Part shown: piece by piece, positions 57,623 to 64,000 of the stretch
Layout of the letters: the number at the start of each line of letters is the position of its first letter
Numbering within the stretch: position 1 is the first letter of the stretch
NCBI GenBank assembly: GCA_964393185.1
Contig: CAYMSO010000002.1
Coordinates: 75,915 to 139,914, forward strand
From: an uncultured Candidatus Saccharibacteria bacterium
GTDB taxonomy: Bacteria; Patescibacteriota; Dojkabacteria; J137
DNA length: 64,000 bases
Direction of reading: 5' to 3'
Program-made: the position numbers and the translations under genes
The notes under the pieces: generated by a model
Seen by the model: the letters and a program-made list of their open reading frames with translations, nothing else
What the model was told of the DNA's origin: nothing
Database searches by the model: none

Positions 57623-58116
57623 TTAATCTGAAGACGAACAAAAAGGGTATGACATTAATAGAAGTAATAGTTTACTTGGCACTCTTCGCTATTTTTTTTA
57701 CAACAATTTTACGATTTGTACGAGTAATTAGTGAATATAATAAGATTGCCGAAGACAGGATTATTATCAATCAAACTTCTATTTTTGTAGCTGAACATAT
57801 TAAAGATATAGTAGAAAATTCGTTGGCAATAGACACAGTTAATTCTGATTTGTCTCAGCCTTTAAGTACTGTCCGCCTTAATAAGGGAACTTCTTATGTA
57901 GAATATAGTATAGAAAACAGTAAATTAGTTTTTACAGAGGCAAGTACTAATCAAACAATTTTAACTCCGTCTCAGGTCGGTATTTCTTTATTTGAGTTAA
58001 ATCCAATACTAAATTCTGACGAAACTCAATTGTTAGGCATAAAGGCAAAAATTACAATTTATAATTTTAAAACTCCTAAAGTTAACACAACCATAGAAAC
58101 ATCTTATATATTATGA
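57619..58116 (+). CDS. Minor pilin / pseudopilin
   Basis: KKGMTLIEVIVYLALFAIF signal. ATGA overlap. Confidence 0.7.
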   Translation: MINLKTNKKGMTLIEVIVYLALFAIFFTTILRFVRVISEYNKIAEDRIIINQTSIFVAEHIKDIVENSLAIDTVNSDLSQPLSTVRLNKGTSYVEYSIENSKLVFTEASTNQTILTPSQVGISLFELNPILNSDETQLLGIKAKITIYNFKTPKVNTTIETSYIL

Positions 58117-58499
58117 ATCTGATAAGTTTAAAAAAAGGAAGCGCAGCATTAACAACAGTCATCCTGGTATCTGGAATTCTGTTTAGCGCTGGTCTTGGAT
58201 TAATTTTGTTAAGCATGGATCTGGCATTAACATCTAAGGGATTTAATCTAAAAACAAGAACAGAATTTAATACATTAAGCTGCCTCGAAGAAAGTTTAAG
58301 ATTGATAAAAAATAACGAATCCTTTGTAGGAACTATTTCTCCTAACAATCCCGTAGGATCTTGTACTGCTAATATAACTATAGATTCTGTTAATCCAAAT
58401 TATAGAGTAGTGCAAGTAACAAGCTCCATTCAAAACTACACTTTTAGCAAAACAGAAAAGGTAGACATTTCAACCGATCCTATAACTCTAGTTAAATAA
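58113..58499 (+). CDS. Pilin-like protein with degenerate signal (PilX-like candidate)
   Basis: LKKGSAALTTVILVSGILF. ATGA overlap with the preceding gene. Confidence 0.5.
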   Translation: MNLISLKKGSAALTTVILVSGILFSAGLGLILLSMDLALTSKGFNLKTRTEFNTLSCLEESLRLIKNNESFVGTISPNNPVGSCTANITIDSVNPNYRVVQVTSSIQNYTFSKTEKVDISTDPITLVK

Positions 58500-59127
58500 A
58501 TAGAATAAAACCAATTCTTAAATTTAATACAAAGGCAATCATTGCACCAAAGATTAAAAATGGTACAAAAGGTATTTGAATATTCTTGATTCTTTTATAA
58601 TAAATAATTAAAGGTACTGATACCACAAGAGCAAGATAAATAGCAATATACAAACCAATAATCATTTTCTCTAATCCTATAAGTAAACCTATTAAAGCTA
58701 ATATTTTTATATCCCCCCCACCCATACCTTTCTCTTTTGTTATTAAAACTATAATCAATATAATAATTCCTCCAACAACTCCGCCGATTAAATTTTGCAG
58801 TGGATTAGGCAGTATATGGATCGGTTTATTACTAAAACCATAAATTATTCCCAATACGATATTACTTGTACCACTAACTAGAATTAGAGAATTTACAAGT
58901 TTAAGTGGAATTTCTAAATATAAAATATCAAACAGTATTAAATAGCCTAGTACTTGGAAGAATAAAAAGCTTACTAAAGTTACCACTAATCCCAAACTAT
59001 TTTGTGTCAAGAAAAACAGAAACAAGCACTCTGTAAGCACCAGCGAGGCAATAATAGATAGTTTAGTAAGTTTGTCAGAATTGATAAACTGATTCCAATC
59101 TTTTTGTAAGATTTTAAATGGGGACAT
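58492..59127 (-). CDS. pilD: Prepilin peptidase (A24 family)
   Basis: Polytopic. GGGDIKILALIGLLIG aspartyl motif. Confidence 0.8.
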   Translation of the reverse strand: MSPFKILQKDWNQFINSDKLTKLSIIASLVLTECLFLFFLTQNSLGLVVTLVSFLFFQVLGYLILFDILYLEIPLKLVNSLILVSGTSNIVLGIIYGFSNKPIHILPNPLQNLIGGVVGGIIILIIVLITKEKGMGGGDIKILALIGLLIGLEKMIIGLYIAIYLALVVSVPLIIYYKRIKNIQIPFVPFLIFGAMIAFVLNLRIGFILFI

Positions 59128-59129
59128 AG

Positions 59130-60092
59130 TTAAGACGACTCTGTAATATGTTTGGCTTGCTCTCGATCTACAGTTGTCTTATTTAATAAATATACCATCA
59201 AAAAACCTACAGTAACTAGAATTATTGTTATTATTATATCTATAAATTCGTAAGTAGTTGGGCTTACAATGTTTCTAACCTCATTACCATTCGAATCAAT
59301 TTCGGATTCAAAAAATGGCCATATTACCCTTAGGGACGCCAACATTATTCCAAAAAAGCAGGCAAGAAGCTCCGAGGTATATTTTTCGAAGATTATTTTA
59401 AATAATCTTATAAATACCAAAAATCCAAAAGTCAATCCAAGTACAAAAACCACTAAGCCTTGAAGATCTTTTAGGTTGGCTTCAAATCTAGTTAGGTTTT
59501 TTATTATATCCACTTCGTAATCATAAATTCCCATTACCAAAAGAATAAACGACCCGCTAATGCCCGGCAAAATTAAACCAGTTATTCCTATTACTCCTCC
59601 TAAAAATAGGAAGGGTAGGCTAGGATCTTTAACAGCGTTTGGCTTTAACCCTAACAGTAGAAAGGCAATCGCAAAACTTACAATTGCAATTATGTAGTGT
59701 CTTGCATTAGGTCTTTTTATTTCTTTCCATGGTATAAATGCAGAAGCTAAAACAACTCCAAAAAAGAAATCTACAACGTAGTTGGGGTAATTTTCTCTTA
59801 GCGTGTGTATTAGATTTGAAAGTAATGCAATTGCCAAAATCATTCCAATTACTAGTTTTATTCCAAACTCCCACTTTATTTTAAAGAAAGATTCTTTAAT
59901 TTTTTTATAATTACTTTTTCCAAGAACAAAGAATAAAACTTCCTGAGCGAGCCTGGAACAATCGCTTAACAGGTTGATAAAATCATCGTATACACCCATA
60001 ACAATTGCTAAGTTAGATCCATTTACTCCTGGTATCATTTCCCCGATTCCCATTATTGCACCTTGTAGCATTGGTAGTAGTTTTTTTCCCAT
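59130..60092 (-). CDS. DUF368-family membrane protein (polyprenyl-phosphate transporter family)
   Basis: Repeated GEMIPGVNGS / ILPGISGSF motifs typical of DUF368. ATG at 60092 is preferred over the TTG at 60110. Confidence 0.7.
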   Translation of the reverse strand: MGKKLLPMLQGAIMGIGEMIPGVNGSNLAIVMGVYDDFINLLSDCSRLAQEVLFFVLGKSNYKKIKESFFKIKWEFGIKLVIGMILAIALLSNLIHTLRENYPNYVVDFFFGVVLASAFIPWKEIKRPNARHYIIAIVSFAIAFLLLGLKPNAVKDPSLPFLFLGGVIGITGLILPGISGSFILLVMGIYDYEVDIIKNLTRFEANLKDLQGLVVFVLGLTFGFLVFIRLFKIIFEKYTSELLACFFGIMLASLRVIWPFFESEIDSNGNEVRNIVSPTTYEFIDIIITIILVTVGFLMVYLLNKTTVDREQAKHITESS

Positions 60093-60108
60093 TTGACTAA
60101 TATAGCAC

Positions 60109-60133
60109 AAAAAACCCCCGTTTTTAACGGGGG
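60109..60133 (-). terminator. Rho-independent terminator
   Basis: Minus strand reads CCCCCG-TTAAAAA-CGGGGG followed by TTTTTT. Downstream of the gene ending at 60221. Confidence 0.75.
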
Positions 60134-60220
60134 TAGCTTTAGCTTTAATTTTACTCAGCTAACACGCGATCAATTATATCTTTAGCTTTATAACCTCGTA
60201 ACACAGTTGTGTCACTACTT

Positions 60221-61351
60221 TTAGCTCAGTTTTAGTGCTCGATCAATGTTGTCTGGAGTTGCTTTAGTTATGATGTCTGGCAGTTCATCGTGTTCGTCGG
60301 TAAAACCCAATCTCTGTACATTTAGATAAAGATGATGAGCAATAGTTGTCATTATATTATCAGCTTGAAAGTGGCCATATGCGACTCTCTCCAATGCGGA
60401 CTCAAGAAAAGCGCTTGGAGCAGAAGCGAGAAATAATTCTCTGGCTCCTAAGAACTGAACTGCCGGCGTAATCTTGTGTAGTCCAGAATTTGTATAGCGA
60501 TTAATTATACTATTGCCATCAGGATTATTAGATAAATCTTCCATCAAAACTGCATTGCCCTGAATCAGATCCATAACTTTAGTATGAGTACTTTTTCTAT
60601 GGGCAATTTTCCTTTGCTGATTAGATCCGCGACTGATAATCAAAGCAGCATCGAGTTGAGCAATAGCTGACTGTACTTCTCTTCTCCTTACATTAATATA
60701 TCTACTCTTATTTTCACCAGCTAGTATAGAAAATTTATCTGCTATCTCTTGAGGTAGCATACTTCCACAACATATTGCAGTTAAAATGCCTGCAGTTACT
60801 CCATACCTTCGGGATATTCCTAGCAATATTCTATCTCTATTAGGAATATGTATTTCTTTATTAACCAAATCTCCTAAATGTTGGTACACAGGTTTAAACA
60901 TATTTACCTGCAAGGTAGGTTTGCCTTCAATTTCAAACCTAGTAACAGGAAAAACTGAGTTACGCCTTTCTACAACATAAGCACGTCCCTCATTATCTTT
61001 ATTACGAATCCGTATTATATAATCTTGTCCATTTCTACCTTCAATACATTGAACTAAACTTCGTTGCAATCTGTTACCCTGTAATATAAAGTCGTCAAAC
61101 TCCTGGGTATTATTTATGGCTTTGCCTATAATATGTTGCAATATCGAGCCGGCTATTTGCGTATTAGTACCATTTGGCAATTGCACCATAATATTCTCAA
61201 CTTCACCAGATAAATATGCTTCTATATTTTGTGGAGTACCAGGTAATGTCCCATGCTGATTGGCAATAGAGCGAAAAGTATCTACTGTAAGACCTTTTAC
61301 AACTTCTGGCATTTCCAAGCTGTTAGACATGTATAGCTCATGATCACTCAT
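60221..61351 (-). CDS. Hypothetical protein (ORFan) at the inner junction next to the uvrB N-half
   Basis: Long ORF with no motif. ATG at 61351 preferred, because the first 21 codons of the track ORF are AT-rich promoter-like sequence with TATAAT boxes. Confidence 0.4.
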   Translation of the reverse strand: MSDHELYMSNSLEMPEVVKGLTVDTFRSIANQHGTLPGTPQNIEAYLSGEVENIMVQLPNGTNTQIAGSILQHIIGKAINNTQEFDDFILQGNRLQRSLVQCIEGRNGQDYIIRIRNKDNEGRAYVVERRNSVFPVTRFEIEGKPTLQVNMFKPVYQHLGDLVNKEIHIPNRDRILLGISRRYGVTAGILTAICCGSMLPQEIADKFSILAGENKSRYINVRRREVQSAIAQLDAALIISRGSNQQRKIAHRKSTHTKVMDLIQGNAVLMEDLSNNPDGNSIINRYTNSGLHKITPAVQFLGARELFLASAPSAFLESALERVAYGHFQADNIMTTIAHHLYLNVQRLGFTDEHDELPDIITKATPDNIDRALKLS

Positions 61352-61555
61352 AATATCAATATAAATTATAAAGCGAATAATTATACTATAGTCGCCATAT
61401 TTTGACAACATCATATAGTTGGCAAAAGATTATAATTCTATTTTACCAAGACCTTGATTCTAGTAAGTAAACTTTTAACCTTCGATTAGAAATGCTAGTT
61501 ACCCAATGAAAATGAAAGTATCCTGAAGTAAATTAAGGTAAACTAATCAGAAGTA

Positions 61556-61608
61556 GTTATAACTCATAACCCCATTCCGAAAACCTATGACTGATAACTG
61601 ATAACCAA
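61556..61608 (+). repeat. Short mixed heptamer array abutting the stop codon of the uvrB N-half
   Basis: ATAACTC ATAACCC CATTCCG AAAACCT ATGACTG ATAACTG ATAACCA. Confidence 0.7.
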
Positions 61609-62847
61609 TTACTTATTATACAATCTTGCGCTTTCCTTACTTTGTTCTATCTCGTATTGCCTAGGAGTTGCAGACAAGTACACTACCTGGTTCAATCTGC
61701 TTTTAAATTCTTCAAACTTTAGTGGCCGGTTATCTAGTGCAGCTCTTAATCTGAAGCCATAATCTACAAGATTTTGTTTTCTGGATCTATCGCCTTCGTA
61801 CATACCTCCAATTTGCGGCACAGTAATATGAGATTCATCTATAAACATGAGGTAATCATCGGGAAAATAATCTAACAGGCAGGACCCTGCCGTTCCAGGG
61901 GCCCTTTTGTCAAAATATCTTGAATAATTTTCTATCCCTTTTGTAAAACCAGTTTCCCTAAGCATTTCTAAATCGTATGCGACTCTTTGCTTTAACCTGG
62001 CTGCTTCTATCATTTTGCCAGTATCGGTAAAAGCTTTCACTTCTTTTTCTGCATCTATTTCTATTTGCTGTATTGCATCGTTGACTTTGTCTTGTGGGCT
62101 TACGTAATGTTTAACAGGAAAAATTTTGTAAGAATCAACTCTTCTGATTAATTCGCCGCTTATTGGGTTTATTAATTTGATAGATTCAACTTCATCTCCA
62201 AACATTTCTAGTCTGACTGCTTGATCATCTGCCAAAGACAAATTTATATCTATAATTTCGCCTCTGACTCTAAAGCTTCCATTTCTAAAATCTTGCGTAC
62301 CTCTTTCGTACTGCATATCTGTTAATCGGCTAAATAGCTTGTCTCTATTTAGTGTTTGACCTACTTTAAGCTCTGCACTTAATGCAAGATAGTCATTTGG
62401 ATTACCCAGACCGTATATACAGCTTACTGTAGCAACTATTACCACATCTCTCCGAGTTAACAAATTCTGAGTTGCAGTATTCCTATATTTTTCGATTGTT
62501 TCGTTAATATCTGAATCTTTTTCTATATACAAATCCCTTTGCGGAACGTAAGCTTCTGGTTGATAATAATCATAGTAGCTAACAAAGTAAGAAACTGCAT
62601 TTTCCGGAAAGAATTCTCTAAATTCGGAAAATAACTGTGCTGCCAGGGTTTTGTTATGAGAAATAATAATGGTTGGTCTACCTGTATTTTGAATCACATT
62701 AGCCATTGTAAATGTTTTACCTGTTCCAGTTGCACCAATAATTGTCTGATGTTCAAGACCAGCTTGTATACCTGCAGTTATCAATTCAATTGCTTGTGGC
62801 TGATCCCCAGAAGGTTTATATTGTGAATTTAACTTAAAAGTAGACAT
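61609..62847 (-). CDS. uvrB: UvrB N-terminal half (domains 1a/1b/2 with beta-hairpin) as a stand-alone gene
   Basis: 412 aa. Walker A GATGTGKTFT, YYDYYQPEAY, FIDESHITVPQ, ends VYLSATPRQYEIEQSKES plus ARLYNK and a stop. Confidence 0.9.
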   Translation of the reverse strand: MSTFKLNSQYKPSGDQPQAIELITAGIQAGLEHQTIIGATGTGKTFTMANVIQNTGRPTIIISHNKTLAAQLFSEFREFFPENAVSYFVSYYDYYQPEAYVPQRDLYIEKDSDINETIEKYRNTATQNLLTRRDVVIVATVSCIYGLGNPNDYLALSAELKVGQTLNRDKLFSRLTDMQYERGTQDFRNGSFRVRGEIIDINLSLADDQAVRLEMFGDEVESIKLINPISGELIRRVDSYKIFPVKHYVSPQDKVNDAIQQIEIDAEKEVKAFTDTGKMIEAARLKQRVAYDLEMLRETGFTKGIENYSRYFDKRAPGTAGSCLLDYFPDDYLMFIDESHITVPQIGGMYEGDRSRKQNLVDYGFRLRAALDNRPLKFEEFKSRLNQVVYLSATPRQYEIEQSKESARLYNK

Positions 62848-62855
62848 CAGCTTAA

Positions 62856-62884
62856 ATTATAACTGGAGTGAGAGTTTTTGTCAG
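62856..62884 (-). promoter_or_regulatory. Promoter CTGACA-17 nt-TATAAT, with the -10 box 8 nt before the uvrB N-half ATG (leaderless-type)
   Basis: Read directly on the minus strand. The -35 abuts the stop codon of the upstream gene. Confidence 0.55.
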
Positions 62885-63850
62885 CTACAGCTCTGCAAAT
62901 AGCTGACAAAATTGAAAGTCTAACCATAACTCTGATACAGCCTGACTATCTAGCAACGGTTTTACTTTATTATCAATGAAGCTGTCTATAGACTTAACGC
63001 CATTCCACGTAAAAGATGATAATTCTTCTAGTACATAACAGTCAGGTAGTACTACTCTTTGAGAGTAAAATTGAATGATTTCATCAATAATTTGTTTACT
63101 ACTACTGTAAGTTTTATGATTTAAATAAATAAAATTTTGAGGATGATTTATTTTATTCACCATATCATTTTTTACTTCTAATAATCGAATCCAATACTCT
63201 TGAACAAATGAAAAGTAATCAAATATAAAAGTGTCTTGAGAACTGCGCTGGCCATACTGGTCGGAAAATAGAAAATAATTATAAAAGTCCCTGTTTAGCT
63301 TAACTGCCATTTGGTAACTACTTGGTTTTGCTAATGGTGTTTGGATAAATTTTGTAAATAAATCATCCCTTACTTTTTCGTTATGGCCGAGCTGTAAAAT
63401 AAATCTGTTCAAATCCTCGTCAGATTCTACTAAGGGTAAGAAGTTAAACTGGGGGTACATTTTACTTAGTACTCCATGCATTAATTCATGGAAAATAGCG
63501 GTTTGAGACTGTAGATCAAATAATTGAACGAATGCTTCAGGAGGTAATCTGTTCAATCTTTTGTTACTATACTTTGCTAAGAAATCATCAAGATTATTTA
63601 CATTTATATGCGTACTAATTAGATTTCTAAACTGCATACTTGAATTCAGAAAACAAAAAGATGATGAATCAATATCTTCAGCTGTAAAGTTGAATATAGC
63701 ACCGTCTGTCAAATCTCTTGGAAATAACTTTTGTAATGCTTCTTGGATAACTCTACTTGCTCCCATTCTTTGCTGAATAACTTCAGTAGAAGAAACTGTG
63801 AAATTATGCGGTGCTTGTTTTTCTTTTTGTACTAACTTTATTAAATTCAT
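62885..63850 (-). CDS. Hypothetical protein with HExxH motif (possible zinc metallopeptidase)
   Basis: IFHELMHGV is the only motif. ATG at 63850 is preferred over 63910. Confidence 0.4.
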   Translation of the reverse strand: MNLIKLVQKEKQAPHNFTVSSTEVIQQRMGASRVIQEALQKLFPRDLTDGAIFNFTAEDIDSSSFCFLNSSMQFRNLISTHINVNNLDDFLAKYSNKRLNRLPPEAFVQLFDLQSQTAIFHELMHGVLSKMYPQFNFLPLVESDEDLNRFILQLGHNEKVRDDLFTKFIQTPLAKPSSYQMAVKLNRDFYNYFLFSDQYGQRSSQDTFIFDYFSFVQEYWIRLLEVKNDMVNKINHPQNFIYLNHKTYSSSKQIIDEIIQFYSQRVVLPDCYVLEELSSFTWNGVKSIDSFIDNKVKPLLDSQAVSELWLDFQFCQLFAEL

Positions 63851-63953
63851 AGTCGCTAGCAATATATGGCAACAGATTACAGGTTGGTAGATTATAAAAC
63901 ATAATTTCAATATTTCAAATTCTGGTAAGGTAGTTTATAATTTCTTGAGTGCT

Positions 63954-64000
63954 GGGCTCGTAGCTTAGTTGGTAGAGCGTTCCGATGGCATCGGAAAGGT
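63954..64000 (+). tRNA. tRNA-Ala (anticodon GGC), 5' part, truncated by the window end
   Basis: GGGCTCG-TA-GCTT-AGTTGGTA-GAGC, anticodon stem TTCCG/CGGAA with loop ATGGCAT. Confidence 0.8.

Noticed and set aside
3205-61608. The 58.4 kb between the uvrB halves as an integrated conjugative element or prophage (it does contain ssb, a T4SS-like cluster, a ligase and an HNH-like gene)
   Set aside because: I saw no integrase, relaxase, capsid or terminase genes and no direct repeats at the two junctions. The segment carries essential-type single-copy genes (alaS, mraY, gpmI, tgt, nrdR, tRNA-Cys) with the same composition as the flanks. A chromosomal rearrangement or an ancient split is more likely.
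2311-62847. Trans-splicing split intein joining the two UvrB halves
   Set aside because: The non-homologous tails are only 6 aa (ARLYNK) and 9 aa (MSTLPKDYQ). There is no room for intein N- or C-fragments, and no terminal HN or nucleophile pattern.
1-64000. Alternative genetic code (UGA as Gly, code 25) as in some CPR lineages
   Set aside because: All conserved proteins (MnmA, GpmI, Tgt, Ung, MraY, ligase, AlaS, PilB/C, P-type ATPase) are full-length uninterrupted ORFs in the standard-code track. Several ATGA overlaps (20520, 55258, 57619, 58113) use TGA as a sensible stop.

Overview
AT-rich (roughly one-third G+C by eye), gene-dense chromosomal segment that reads cleanly in the standard bacterial code. 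The gene content suggests a reduced-genome, probably episymbiotic bacterium of the Patescibacteria/CPR type (inference only). Supporting content: membrane-anchored solute-binding and adhesin-like proteins, a secretin-less type IV pilus operon, a minimal VirB2/VirB4/VirB6-like secretion cluster, an ATP-dependent DNA ligase, trimmed AlaS and UvrC, almost no Shine-Dalgarno motifs and many ORFans. I support about 60 CDS, tRNA-Cys(GCA), a partial tRNA-Ala(GGC), an Ala-specific T-box leader, several promoters and terminators, and two repeat families. Most notable observations: (1) uvrB is split into two separately promoted genes 58.4 kb apart, cut at the hinge between its two RecA-like domains, with all motifs intact. 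(2) Degenerate tandem heptamer arrays, (AACYSAT)n, sit at eight intergenic sites, often starting right at stop codons. (3) An HUH/Y1 RAYT-like transposase gene is bracketed by two such arrays in inverted orientation and wedged between the T-box leader and alaS. (4) A ~115-nt strongly structured repeat occurs in three copies. (5) A T4SS-like cluster includes a Cys-rich VirB2-like pilin. (6) The type IV pilus operon includes a 638-aa pilin-LVIVD fusion. I saw no CRISPR array, rRNA, integrase, prophage or canonical defence system. All family calls come from motif recognition by eye and need HMM/BLAST confirmation. I cannot verify novelty against databases.
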